Source of the DNA: Nitrospirota bacterium
Lineage (GTDB): Bacteria; Nitrospirota; UBA9217
Direction of reading: 5' to 3'
NCBI GenBank assembly: GCA_963818475.1
Contig: CAWFSF010000006.1
Location: 32,001-96,000, forward strand
Length of the DNA: 64,000 nucleotides
Of this stretch, positions 25,360 to 37,592 are shown in pieces (within the stretch, counting starts at the first letter, position 1; every line of letters starts with the position of its first letter). The position numbers and the translations under genes are program-made. Below the pieces are notes generated by a model that was not told the origin of the DNA, searched no databases, and saw only the letters and a list, made by a program, of their open reading frames with translations.

Positions 25360-26181
25360 CTAGCTATACTCTTCATGATCATCGCCGAACACATGGTGGA
25401 TGATCTCCCAGGAGGTCTCTTCAATGGATTTGTTCGTGGTGTCCAGGACCTTCCAGCTCTGGTTCTTCCTGGCCAGGTCCCGAACATATTCGACCTCGGC
25501 AAAGACCTTTTTAAGGTCGCTGTAGCTCGGTTTGAGGCCGGAATTTCTCTGGCGCACCTTCCGGATCTTCTGGAGGACCTCGGGGTCGATGTTGAGGCAG
25601 ACGATCTTGTGCTGGTCGATCGTAAAGAGCTCTTCGGGCAGCGGAATGCCCGGAACGATGGGGACGTTGGCGACCTTGTATCCCTCCTGCGCCAGGAAGA
25701 ACGAGGTCGGCGTTTTGGACGTCCGCGAGAGTCCGACGAGCACGATATCCGCCTCCTTGAGCCGTTCCGCGCCCCTGCCGTCATCGTGGCCGAGCGTGTA
25801 TTCTATGGCGTCGATGCGCTTGAAATAGCGTTCATCGACCTTCCTGAGCAGGCTCGGGGTCTCGAGCGGTTCCAGTTTCAGGTAGGACGAAAGCGTGTTG
25901 ATGAGCGGGCCCAGGATGTCGAGGTGGTAAATATCGTTCTTTTTGCAGTACTCTTCGGTAAAGTCCCGCATCTCCTTTTTGACAAAGGTGAAAGCGATGA
26001 GGGCCTTGTCCGATTTCGCTTGATCGAGAAGTTTTTTGAGCCCGGCCTTTGAGTCGACATCGTGGTAGACCATGATCTTGGTGCGGGCATGCTTGAACTG
26101 CACCAGGGCCGCCCTCAGAATGTGCAGACCGCTCTGGCCCGTGGCATCGGAAAGGATGTAGATGTTTTTTTTCGGGGACAT
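25360..26181 (-). CDS. ppsR: PEP synthase/PPDK regulatory kinase-pyrophosphorylase (DUF299)
   Basis: LSDATG, YFKRIDAIEY...HDDG, GLSRTSKTPTS, SIEET. Confidence 0.9.
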   Translation of the reverse strand: MSPKKNIYILSDATGQSGLHILRAALVQFKHARTKIMVYHDVDSKAGLKKLLDQAKSDKALIAFTFVKKEMRDFTEEYCKKNDIYHLDILGPLINTLSSYLKLEPLETPSLLRKVDERYFKRIDAIEYTLGHDDGRGAERLKEADIVLVGLSRTSKTPTSFFLAQEGYKVANVPIVPGIPLPEELFTIDQHKIVCLNIDPEVLQKIRKVRQRNSGLKPSYSDLKKVFAEVEYVRDLARKNQSWKVLDTTNKSIEETSWEIIHHVFGDDHEEYS

Positions 26182-26496
26182 GTCGGCCTCCTGTATTCGG
26201 CAAGTTCTGCGCCCACCGCTTGTTGTGCAGTTCAACGATCGGCGGGTACGACAGGATGTCATACTGCTTCTCATGACCATAACAAAACGAAGGCAGCACG
26301 TCAATGAAAATTCTGAGCACGAATGTGTCCCGTAGCCCGGCCCAGCCTGCATGAGCAGCGTTGCTGCAAATGCGCGTCCCCTCCGGCATACCGCAATTCT
26401 CAAGTCCTACCGAAAAACTTGCCTTTTGTGTCCGTTTATAGTAATTTTATAACGAAGCCCTATCGATCTGAAGTTTTTCGAAGAGAAGGTTGAACT

Positions 26497-27249
26497 ATGG
26501 CAGCAAAAAGTTCCTCTGTCGTCCCGCATCCCGCCGGACGGCGCCGCTTCCTGCTCGTGGTGGACAGCGATGTAAAAGAACTCTTTTATACGTCCACGCT
26601 TCTTCAGCGGTTCCAATACAACATCTGGACCGCTCAAAACGCAGCGGCGGCATTGGAATTGGCAACCATTGCGGTGCCGGACCTCATTGTTATCGCTCAA
26701 TTCCTCGACGACCTGCCCGGCCTCGAGCTTATACAACAGCTCCGGCGGATCGACCAGGTCCGCAAGGTTCCCCTTGTCGTCCTCACCCGGAAAACCGATC
26801 CCGCAAATGAGCGGGACTGCCTCTTCGCTGGAGCGCTCACCTGCCTCTCCGTGCCGGTCCAGGCGGAAGACCTGTACCGGGTGATTCAGGTGGCCATCGA
26901 ACCCATGCCGCGCATGAACATCCGGATCAACACCAGCTTATCGGTGACCGTAAACAACAAGACCGTCGAGTGTACCGCGGGCGAGTGCGCATCGGTCCTG
27001 TCCGAACACGGGTTGTATGTCCGCACGCTCGACCCTTATCCTTTGAACACCAAGCTTCCCGTCCAGGTCCATCTTGCAGGAAGGACCATCGCTGCCGATA
27101 CCGTGGTCATTTACAGCCACCAGGCCGGCAACGACCCCGGGGACGAACCAGGCATGGGACTTCAGTTCACAAAGATCTCCCGGGAGGACCAGAAGCGCAT
27201 ACGGCACTTTATCAGGGACGAGCTCACCAAGGGCATCGACGTACGGTGA
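26497..27249 (+). CDS. atypical receiver domain + PilZ-like domain protein
   Basis: LLVVD...PDLI receiver fold; PRMNIR...LSEHGLYV...GMGLQF PilZ-like. Confidence 0.75.
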   Translation: MAAKSSSVVPHPAGRRRFLLVVDSDVKELFYTSTLLQRFQYNIWTAQNAAAALELATIAVPDLIVIAQFLDDLPGLELIQQLRRIDQVRKVPLVVLTRKTDPANERDCLFAGALTCLSVPVQAEDLYRVIQVAIEPMPRMNIRINTSLSVTVNNKTVECTAGECASVLSEHGLYVRTLDPYPLNTKLPVQVHLAGRTIAADTVVIYSHQAGNDPGDEPGMGLQFTKISREDQKRIRHFIRDELTKGIDVR

Positions 27250-27500
27250 CACTCTAGAATAACAAATGGCGATTGCCCGCGCAGCGAGGGTGGCCATAGC
27301 GTCTTAACAATCGATTACGCAGCGATAGACCCCCCCTCTCTTCTGCATTCATCTCATCACTTCAGCATATTCGCCGCACTGTATTTCTTTCTGTGTCCAC
27401 AGCGCTGTCGTGTTGGTGCTTATATTCTCGTCACCTGCAATCTATCTTATTCATTACCGTTTTCATTCCATTTGCCCTCCGCACGTCAATAACCCTTTAA

Positions 27501-28412
<912 letters not shown>

Positions 28413-28578
28413 CTACGGCAAGCACCAATATACGAATATACGAAATCCCAAATAATGTCGAAATTTAAAATTCAAATGGGTCAAACGTTTGGAATTTTCG
28501 GATTGAATATTGGAGCTTATTTGGGATCTTGGTGCCTTCGGATTTGCGAATTTTACGGTTGATGAGTAGGAGATTCCC

Positions 28579-30007
28579 ATGAGCACAAAAATTAAAGACA
28601 CCCAGAAAGATGATCGAGGAGGTCCTGGATGCCTACCCGGAGAAGTCGAAGAAGGACCGGGCGAAACATCTGGCTGCCAACGACCCGACGGGACAGTGCA
28701 GCACCTGCCAGGTGAAGGCGAACGTCAAATCCCGGCCGGGCGTCATGACCGTGCGCGGCTGCGCGTACGCCGGCGCCAAGGGCGTGGTCTGGGGGCCGGT
28801 GAAGGACCAGATCACGATCAGCCACGGCCCCATCGGCTGCGGCCAGTACTCCTGGTGGTCGCGCAGGAACTACTACAACGGCCAGACCGGCATCGACGCC
28901 TTCGGCACCATGCATATTACGACGGACTTCCAGGAAAAGAACATCGTCTACGGCGGCGACAAGGGGCTTGACCTGGCGATCAAGGAGCTGCACGGGCTCT
29001 TCCCGCTCGGCCGCGGCATCGGCATCCTGTCCGAATGCCCGGTGGGGCTGATCGGCGACGACATCGAAGCGGTCTCGAAGCGCGTGGCCAAGGAGATCAA
29101 CATCCCCATCGTGCCGGTGCGGTGCGAAGGCTTCCGCGGCGTGTCCCAGTCCCTGGGCCATCACATCGCGAACGATACGATCAAGGATTATGTGCTCGGC
29201 AAGGGCACGCTCGAAAAGACCACGCCCTACGACGTGAACCTCATCGGCGACTACAATATCGGCGGCGACGCCTGGGCCTCGCGCAAGATACTGGAGGAGA
29301 TGGGCCTCCGGGTCATCGCCCAGTACACGGGCGATTCCACGATCAACGAGCTCGGCATCGCGAGCAAGGCCAAGCTGAACCTGATCCACTGCTACCGGTC
29401 CATGAACTATATCTGCCGGACCATGGAAGAGAACTACGGCATTCCCTGGATGGAGTTCAATTTCTTCGGTCCCACGAAGACCTTTGACAGCATCAGGAAG
29501 ATCGCCGCCAGGTTCGACGAAAAGATCCAGAAGAACGCCGAGGCGGTGATCGCCAAGTACACGCCGCTCATGGAAAAGGTGGTGGCGCAGTACCGGCCGA
29601 AGCTGGAAGGCAAGAAGGTGATGCTCTACGTCGGCGGCCTCCGGCCGCGCCACACCATCGGCGCCTACGAGGACCTGGGCATGGAAGTCGTTGCTTCAGG
29701 CTACGAGTTCGGCCACACCGACGATTACAAACGCACCTATCCGGAAATGAAGGAAGGCGCGGTGATCATGGACGACGCGACCTTGTATGAGCTGGAAGAG
29801 TTCACCCGCAGGCTGAAGCCGGACATGGTCGGCTCGGGCATCAAGGAGAAGTATTCGTACCACAAGCTCGGCGTGCCGTTCCGGCAGATGCATTCCTGGG
29901 ACTACTCGGGCCCCTATCATGGGTTCGACGGGTTCCCGGTCTTCGCGCGGGACATGGATATGACGGTGAACAGCCCGACGTGGGGGTTGATACGGAGAAA
30001 GAAGTAA
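28579..30007 (+). CDS. nifD: Mo-nitrogenase alpha chain (one frameshift near the start)
   Basis: [36 protein letters not shown]. Confidence 0.97.
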
Positions 30008-30018
30008 AAGATCAGTTT

Positions 30019-30150
30019 ACCACGGAGGCACGGAGACACGGAGAAAGTCAAATTCTGACACGGATTTACACGGATAACAGCTATGAAGCGGCATGATAAG
30101 GCAAGGATGTATCCTGAAAATCATAGCTTTTATCCGCCTCTTCCGTGTCG
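30019..30150. repeat. CACGGAG/CACGGAT-type palindromic repeat between nifD and nifK
   Basis: accacggaggcacggagacacggaga, cacggatttacacggataa ... ttatccgcctcttccgtgtc. Confidence 0.6.
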
Positions 30151-30195
30151 AAGTTCTGCTGGTTTTAGGGGTTAATAAAGTTTGGAGGATTCATC

Positions 30196-31702
30196 ATGAA
30201 GATCAGAGACCATAGCGAGCTGTTCAAGCAGCAGGACTATCAGGAGCAGTTCGAACGCAAAAAGGAGTTCGAGAACCCCTGGCCTGCCGAGAAGGTGAAG
30301 GAGATCTCGGACTGGACCAAGACCGAGGCGTACAAGGAGCTCAATTTCAAGCGGGAGAACATCAAGATCAATCCCGCCAAGGCCTGTCAGCCTCTCGGCG
30401 CGGTGTTCTGCGCTTCGGGTTTCGAAGGCACCATGCCGTTCGTGCAGGGCGCCCAGGGTTGCGTGGCCTATTTCCGGAGCCACCTCTCCCGCCACTTCAA
30501 GGAACCCTTTGCCGCGATCTCCACGTCCATGACGGAGGATGCGGCGGTGTTCGGCGGGCTGAACAACATGCTCGAAGGCCTGGAAAACACCAATGCCCTG
30601 TACAAGCCCAAAATGATCGCGGTCTCAACGACCTGCATGGCGGAGGTGATCGGCGACGACCTCAACTCCTATATCAAGACGGCGAAGGAGAAGGGCGTCG
30701 TTCCCCAGGACCTGCTCATCCCTTTTGCAAACACTCCGAGCTTTGTGGGTTCCCACATCGTGGGCTATGACAACATGATGCGGGGGATCCTGAAAGCGCT
30801 CTGGGCAGGCAAAAAAGGCGAATCGAACGGGAAGATCAACATCATCCCGGGCTTCGATACCTATACCGGGAACTACCACGAGATCAAGCGGCTCATGAGC
30901 CTTGATGGGCATCGAGGCAACGGTGCTTGCCGACGTGAGCGATACCTTTGACTCGCCGAACACGGGCGAGTACAAGCTCTATCCCGGCGGCACGCCGCTT
31001 GCTGACGCCATGGACGGGGTGAATGCGCTGGCCACGGTGGCGCTCCAGAAGTATTCGACCGTGAAGACCACGGATTACATCCAGAAGGAGTGGGGGCAGA
31101 AGACGCTCACGCTTTCGCCCATCGGCATCAGGAACACCGATGCGTTCTTTGCGGAGCTCTCCAAGATCACGGGCAAGCCGGTCCCGGCCGAGGTCGAAGC
31201 GGAGCGCGGCAGGGTGGTGGACGCCATGGTGGATTCCCATCCCTACGTCCACGGCAAGCGGTTCGCCCTGGTCGGCGATCCGGACATCCTGCTCGGCATG
31301 ATGAGCCTCATCATGGAGATGGGCGGCGAGCCGGTGCATGTGGTCTGCACCAACGGGGACAAGCATTTCGAGGCAGAGGCGAAGGAGCTGCTCGCTTCAT
31401 CTCCTTTCGGAGCGAATGGCACGGTCTACGCGGGCAAGGACATGTGGCATCTCCGCTCGCTCCTGTTCACGGACCCCGTGGACGTCCTGATCGGCAACTC
31501 CTATGCAAAGTTCCTGACGCAGGACACGGGAACGCCGCTGGTGCGCATCGGGTTCCCGCTCTTCGACCGGCATCATCTCCACCGCCAGCCGATCATCGGA
31601 TACCAGGGCGCATTGAACCTGGTGACCATGCTGGTGAACACGGTGCTGGACGAACTGGACCGGAAGACCGAGGGGTCGGCGAGCTTTGATGTGATTCGTT
31701 AA
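30196..31702 (+). CDS. nifK: Mo-nitrogenase beta chain (frameshift near 30900)
   Basis: [36 protein letters not shown]. Confidence 0.97.
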
Positions 31703-31719
31703 GAAGGGCAACAGCATTC

Positions 31720-31875
31720 ACCACGGAGGCACGGAGACACGGAGAACGGCAGAGAGAGCCATAAACCTGAGCTTGGGTTTTTAAACCAAAAAATTAAAGA
31801 ATTTGACTCTCTCCGTGTCTCCGTGCCTCCGTGGTAAAAAAGGTTTAAAAGTTGTTGGGCGAAGGTGATCCCATG
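31720..31875. repeat. CACGGAG palindromic element + RBS, copy 1
   Basis: accacggaggcacggagacacggaga ... tctccgtgtctccgtgcctccgtggt inverted arms, ending aaggtgatcccatg. Confidence 0.8.
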
Positions 31876-32613
31876 CACGACATCGCACTGGCAGGCATAT
31901 ATTTCTTCATGATCGCGCTGCTCTATTCAACGGTAGGACACGCGGGAGCTTCCGGGTATCTGGCGACGATGGCGCTTCTATCGTTCAGTCCGGAGGTGAT
32001 GAAGCCGACCGCATTGGCGCTGAACATCATCGTTGCCCTGGTCACGACGATCCGGTTTGCCATGGCGGGCCATTTTTCCTGGCGGCTGTTCTGGCCTTTT
32101 GCCCTGGCATCCGTTCCCATGGCTTTTCTCGGCGGCGGAATGCACGTAGACGCGACGATCTACAAAATATTGGTGGGCATTGCACTGGTGTTCGCGGCCG
32201 GACATCTTATCATCAGGAGCAAAGTCGCCCCCGATGATGGCGGACGAGTATCGTACCCGGGAATCGGCCCGTCGCTGGCGGTAGGCGGTGGACTCGGATT
32301 CCTTTCCGGCCTCACCGGGGTCGGCGGCGGCATCTTTCTGAGCCCGGTCCTGATCATTCTGCAATGGGCGGGACTTCGGAGAACGGCTGCAGTGGCTGCG
32401 GCATTCATTTTGCTGAACTCGATCTCCGGGCTGGCAGGTTATCTTCAGAAAGGCGGCGCTTTCCCGGAGCATATCGCCTTCTGGTCCGTTGCCGTGCTTT
32501 CCGGAGGGTTCATCGGTTCGACGCTGGGGGCAACGAAGTTCAACAGTCCGGTGTTGAGGGTATTGCTTGGTATTATGCTGGTTTTTGCCGGGTTGAAAAT
32601 GGTCGTGATCTGA
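31873..32613 (+). CDS. TauE/SafE (TSUP) family membrane transporter
   Basis: YSTVGHAGASGY, GFLSGLTGVGGGIFLSP, about 8 TM segments. Confidence 0.85.
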   Translation: MHDIALAGIYFFMIALLYSTVGHAGASGYLATMALLSFSPEVMKPTALALNIIVALVTTIRFAMAGHFSWRLFWPFALASVPMAFLGGGMHVDATIYKILVGIALVFAAGHLIIRSKVAPDDGGRVSYPGIGPSLAVGGGLGFLSGLTGVGGGIFLSPVLIILQWAGLRRTAAVAAAFILLNSISGLAGYLQKGGAFPEHIAFWSVAVLSGGFIGSTLGATKFNSPVLRVLLGIMLVFAGLKMVVI

Positions 32614-32635
32614 GATTGATGAGCGCAAGAGCTAT

Positions 32636-32811
32636 CACACGGAGACACGGAGACACGAAGAGCGCTTCTGAGCGACACGGAGAACGGCAGAGAGCGTCAA
32701 AAGCCTTAGCTTTGTTTTTTAAACAAAGATTAAAGCATTTGACTCTCTCCGTGCCTCCGTGTCTCCGTGGTAAAAAAGGTTTAAAGATTGTTGAATAAAG
32801 GTGATCCCATG
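32636..32811. repeat. CACGGAG palindromic element + RBS, copy 2
   Basis: shares gacacggagaacggcagagag, atttgactctctccgtg...ccgtggtaaaaaaggtttaaa and aaggtgatcccatg with copy 1. Confidence 0.8.
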
Positions 32812-34251
32812 ATAACGACGATCGACAAATTGACGGCAGACGGCTGCTCCACCGACGACAAGCACAAGGTCTGCCGCTCCCGCGGGGGAGAATCCTGCGC
32901 CTTCGACGGCGCCATGATCGTGCTGCAGCCCATCGCCGACACGGCCCATATCGTCCACGGACCGATCGCCTGCTGCGGGAACACCTGGGAAGGCAGGGGA
33001 ACGCTTTCTTCCAAGGGTGAACTGCATACCATGGGGTTCACCACCGACATGAGCGAGATCGATATCATCTACGGGTCGGAAGAAAAGCTGCTTGAACGCC
33101 ATCAGGCGGACTTATCGAGGCGGTCAAACCGAAGGCGATCTTCGTGTACGCAACGTGCGTGAGCGGAATGACCGGAGAAGACATCGACGCCGTATGCAAA
33201 CGGGCTGAAGACGAACTGGACATCCGCGTGATCCCGGTGAACGCGCCGGGGTTCGTGGGGCCCAAGAACCTGGGGAACCGCATCGCCGGCGAGGTTCTGC
33301 TGGAGCACGTGATCGGAACGGGCGAGACGCCGGTCATGACGCACACCGATATCAATCTTATCGGCGAGTACAACATCGCCGGCGATCTCTGGTTCGTGGA
33401 GCCGCTGCTCGCCCGGTCCGGGATCCGGGTCCTTTCACGGATCACGGGCGACGCGACGTTCGAACAGATCACCTGGGCGCACCAGGCAAGACTGAACGTG
33501 GTCGTCTGCGGCAGGGCGCTTATCAACGTTGCCCGCGAGATGGAGCGGAAATACGGCATCCCCTATGTGGAAGTATCCTTCTTCGGCAGCACCGAGACAG
33601 CAAAGGCTTTGCGGGCCATTGCGGGGAGAACTTCAGGGTTCAGGGGCCGGGGGCCAGGGTCCGGGAGATGTCGACATAATCAAAAGTCGGTAGAAACGCT
33701 GATCAAGAGTGAAGAGAAGAAGCTCAAAGAAGCGCTTAAGCCGTATCATGCATCTGCGCGGGAAAAAAGCGGTGCTCTATACCGGCGGGGTCAAGAGCTG
33801 GTCCTTCATCTCCGCACTGCAGGACCTCGGCATCGAGGTCGTGGCGGTGGGCACCAAAAAGAGCACCATCGAGGATGAGGAAAAAATGAAGGCGATCCTC
33901 GGGCCTGACGCCCCGCTGGTGGAGGACGTGACGCCGAAGAACCTGCTCAAACTTCTGAAAGAACGGAACGCGGACATGCTGATCGCGGGAGGACGGAACC
34001 AGTATCTTGCGATCAAGGAAGGGTATCCCTTCGTGGATGTGAACCAGGAACGGCATACTGCCTATGCGGGATATGCGGGGCTCGTGAACCTGGCGGAGCA
34101 GATCAGCAACGGCCTTCGCTTCTACGCGAAGAAGTTCGAAGCAGGATTTCGGATTGCGGAGTTTCGGATTGCGGATTTAAACCAAAGGATCCAACTACGT
34201 AAAATCCGAAATCATCAATCCGAAATCCGCAATTACTTATTGATCCGTTGA
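32809..34251 (+). CDS. nifE: FeMo-co scaffold NifE (frameshifted; probably fused to NifN)
   Basis: CAFDGA, HGPIAC, GEYNIAG, YTGGVKSWS, NQER. Confidence 0.92.
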
Positions 34252-35505
34252 AGCATTCTCCCTCGATCGGCGCTGCCATGGCGCTCCAGGGGATAGACAG
34301 GGCGCTGCCGATCATTCACGGAGCGCAGGGTTGCACATTCCTCGGCAAGGTGCTTCTGACCAAACACTTCCGCGAACCCATCGCCCTGGCTTCGAGCAAG
34401 CTCTTTGTCGAAGAAGTGGTCATGGGGAGCGAAGATAAATTGTCCGCCGTGATCGACGGGTTTATCGAAAAGAACGATCCTGCACTTGTCGGTGTGCTCA
34501 CCTCTGGCCTGTCGGAGGTGAAGGGGGATGATGTCAAGGCAGTGGTCAGGAGCCAGGAGTCAGGAGTCAGGAATAACGGCGCAAAGACCAAGTTCATCCA
34601 TATAGCGACACCGGATTATGACGGCGGGCTGGAGACCGGGTATGCGCGGGCGGTGGAAGCGATCGTTCAGATTGCGGAATCCCCCCTCACCCCGTCCTCT
34701 CCCCGAGGGGAGAGGGGTAATGAGAAGAAACAAATAAGCATCCTCGCGGGGTCGCATCTTACTCCGGCGGATTTTACGGAGATCAGGGAGATCGTCGCGG
34801 ACTTCGGCATGAGTGCGATCATTCTTCCGGACCTCTCCGCACTTGATGGGAGCAGACGGGATTTTTCACCGCTTGCAGCCGGAGGTACGCTCCTGGAAGA
34901 CGTGCGCCGGATGGGGCAGTCGGACCTGACGATTGCGCTCGGCATGAGCATGGAGCCGGCAGCAAGGTTGCTGCAGCAGAAGTTCGGGATCGGGTACCGG
35001 GTGTTCGAGAGTGTTGCAGGGCTTGCTGATTCGGATCGCTTGCTGGAGACCCTGTCGGCGCTCAGCGGAAAGCCTGTTCCAGCCAAGCAGGAGCGGCAGC
35101 GCAGGGTTCTGCAGGACGCCATGCGGGATGCGCACTTTTTCTTTGGAGGAAAGAAGATCTGTCTCGCACTGGAGCCCGACCTGGCGGCGCAGACCTCGAA
35201 GTGGCTCGATGAAATGGGGGCAGCGCCGGAACTGGCGGTCATCCCGACCCTTTCTCCGGCAGCCGATCATATCCGTGCACAGGACGTGCAGATCGGCGAT
35301 CTGTTCTCCATTGCGGGAGAACTTTGATCTTCTTATCGCAAGCTCCCATGGAGAGAGTGCGGCAAAGCGGCTCGGGGTCCCGCTGTATGAGATGGGATTC
35401 CCGGTATATAAGACCCTGGGATATACGTCGAAGGTCTTGATCGGTTATCGCGGGACGACGACGCTGATCAATGAGGTCGGCAGTCTGTTGATGAAACGAC
35501 ATTGA
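34248..35505 (+). CDS. nifN: FeMo-co scaffold NifN (no own ATG; frameshifted)
   Basis: DPLKHSPSIGA, HGAQGC, HFREPI, GFPVY...GYRG. Confidence 0.9.
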
Positions 35506-35622
35506 AAGACTGCTCACCCTCCCCAACCCCTCCCATCGAGGGAGGGGCTACGGATAAGGGCATTTTAGTCCCCTCTCCCCTTGTGGGAGAGGGCGGAGGG
35601 TGAGGGGGCGAAGGAGATTACT

Positions 35623-36015
35623 ATGAAGGTCGCATTTGCAACGACGGACAATACGAATGTCGACGAGCATTTCGGCAGGGCGGGTTCGTTCGCTGTTTAC
35701 GATATGACCGAGGACGGATACCGGTTCGTGGAGATACGGAAGTTCGCTGACGGTATGGACAGGACGGTGATGGACTCCCGGGACACGGGCCCGCTCCATG
35801 AAAGCGCGGTCCAGAACAAGGTCGACCGTCTTGCGGACTGCAAGCTCATCTACCTTACGGAGATCGGCGGACCGTCGGCGGCGCGGCTGGTCAAAAAGGG
35901 CATCATGCCGATGAAGGTGAAGGAGCCGATGGCCATCGAGAGCGCGCTGAAACAGCTTGCCGAGACCATCAAAACATCGCCGCCGCCGTGGCTTAAAAAA
36001 GCGATGAACCGATGA
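35623..36015 (+). CDS. nifX: NifX / dinitrogenase Fe-Mo cofactor binding protein
   Basis: KVAFAT...VDEHFG, IGGPSAARL, PPPWL. Confidence 0.9.
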   Translation: MKVAFATTDNTNVDEHFGRAGSFAVYDMTEDGYRFVEIRKFADGMDRTVMDSRDTGPLHESAVQNKVDRLADCKLIYLTEIGGPSAARLVKKGIMPMKVKEPMAIESALKQLAETIKTSPPPWLKKAMNR

Positions 36016-36081
36016 AGCATTGCGGATTTCGGATTGCGGATTTCGGATTTAAAATACACAGCAGCTTGAGGAGGAATAAAA

Positions 36082-36401
36082 ATGAAGATGATCAGAGCGT
36101 TCATCAGACCCGAGAAGGAACAGGAAGTGGTGTTGGCTTTGGAAGGCGCGGGGTTTCCGTCGCTTACCAAGGTGCCGGTATTCGGGAGGGGAAAACAGAA
36201 GGGCTTGACCGTCGGGCCGGTGCATTATGACGAGCTGCCGAAGGTGCTTATCATGACGGTCGTGGACGACAATGACCTCGACAAGGTCATGAAGGTGATA
36301 CAGGACAAGGCCCGGACGGGTTTCATCGGCGACGGCAAGATCTTCATCAGCCCGGTGGAGAGCCGCCTATACGGTCAGGACCGGAGAAGCGAGGCTTGTA
36401 G
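36082..36401 (+). CDS. nifI1: P-II family nitrogenase regulator NifI1
   Basis: MKMIRAFIRPEK, GRGKQKG, YDELPK, GDGKIF. Confidence 0.85.
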
Positions 36402-36489
36402 TGGCATTGCGGATTTCGGATTGCGGATTGCGGATTGCGGAATAAGAACCGTTAAAAAAGGCCGCAGTAGAGCAATAATAAACATTGTT

Positions 36490-36562
36490 CGTCATTCCCG
36501 CGAAAGCGGGAATCCAGGGTCTATCTTAGCTTCACTGGATTCCGGGTCAAGCCCGGAATGAC
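36490..36562. repeat. CGTC-type REP palindrome
   Basis: cgtcattcccgcgaaagcgggaatcc ... ggattccgggtcaagcccggaatgacg. Confidence 0.75.
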
Positions 36563-36580
36563 GGCTAGAAGGGGTACTAC

Positions 36581-36997
36581 ATGAAAGAGATCACCGCCAT
36601 CATACGCCGGGACAAGCTCCCGGAAACGAAAACAGCACTCGATAACCTCGGCTATCCGTCGCTCACGATCCAGAGCGTTGAAGGCCGGGGAAAGCAGCGG
36701 GGCGCCATGTGCGCTGAAATGGATTCTGAGATGCCGGACAGCTATTGCACAGCCGTGAAGCTGAAGCCCACGCCCTCCGCCTATGCATTGGACCATACCC
36801 TGCCGAAGGTCGCGCTCTTTGTCCCGAAACGGCAGCTCACGATCGTGGTGCCCGACGACGTGGTGACCACGGTCGTCAAAGCCATCATCAAGGTGAACCA
36901 GACCGGCAAGGCGGGCGACGGGAAGATCTTCGTATCACCCATCGAGGGCGCGCTGCGCGTGCGGACGGGGGAGAAGAACGGGGAAGCGATTTCTTAG
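36581..36997 (+). CDS. nifI2: P-II family nitrogenase regulator NifI2
   Basis: MKEITAIIR, GRGKQ, long T-loop, VPKR, NQTG..GDGKIF. Confidence 0.85.
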   Translation: MKEITAIIRRDKLPETKTALDNLGYPSLTIQSVEGRGKQRGAMCAEMDSEMPDSYCTAVKLKPTPSAYALDHTLPKVALFVPKRQLTIVVPDDVVTTVVKAIIKVNQTGKAGDGKIFVSPIEGALRVRTGEKNGEAIS

Positions 36998-36998
36998 A

Positions 36999-37163
36999 AG
37001 TGAGAAGAGTGAAGTGAGAAGAGTGAAGTGTGAAGAGTGAAGTGAGAAGAGTGAAGTGTGAAGAGTGAAGTGTAGAAGAGTGAAGTGTGAAGGGCGAAAG
37101 GGAAACGCTGTTTCAAACTTCAAACTTCCCGCTTCTTACTTCTCATTTCACCCTTCAAACTTT
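36999..37163. repeat. heptamer-periodic tandem array with degenerate inverted arm
   Basis: (agtgWga agagtga) about 6 copies, then tttcaaa cttcaaa cttcccg cttctta cttctca. Confidence 0.8.
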
Positions 37164-37179
37164 TTAAAACGGAGGCACC

Positions 37180-37470
37180 ATGTCCCCCATCATCGGACTT
37201 AACCGGGGCGGCAAGCCCTGGACACCGAAATTCATCGATGCGATCGAGATCGACAAGTGCATCGGCTGCGGCCGCTGTTACAAGGTCTGCGGTTTCGATG
37301 TGCTTGAATTGATCGAGAAGCCCTTCGAGGGCGAGGACGAATACGGCGACGACATGGGCAACAAGGTCATGTCCGTTGCGCGGCCCGAGAACTGCATCGG
37401 GTGCGAGGCCTGCGCGCGCACCTGCACCAAGAAGTGCCATGTGCATGTTTCGGATTTGGGAATGCGGAAT
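37180..37470 (+). CDS. fdxB: nif-specific 2[4Fe-4S] ferredoxin (ferredoxin III-like); true end uncertain, ORF runs into repeats
   Basis: WTPKF, CIGCGRCYKVC, CIGCEACARTC. Confidence 0.85.
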
Positions 37471-37592
37471 GCCCCTCACCCTACCCTCTCCCGCAAGGGG
37501 CGAGGGAGTAAAAAAAATCCTTTCTCATGGGTTAGGACGCTTTGTCCCCTCTCCCCCTGTGGGAGAGGGCGGAGGGAGAGGGGGACAGTACC

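Noticed and set aside
28579-31702. Alternative (V or Fe-only) nitrogenase
   Set aside because: No vnfG/anfG between D and K; HCYRS, YEFGH and MHSWDY are Mo-type signatures
36999-37163. CRISPR array or coding ORF 36935..37123
   Set aside because: Spacerless 7/14-bp periodic repeat; the ORF is a low-complexity translation of it
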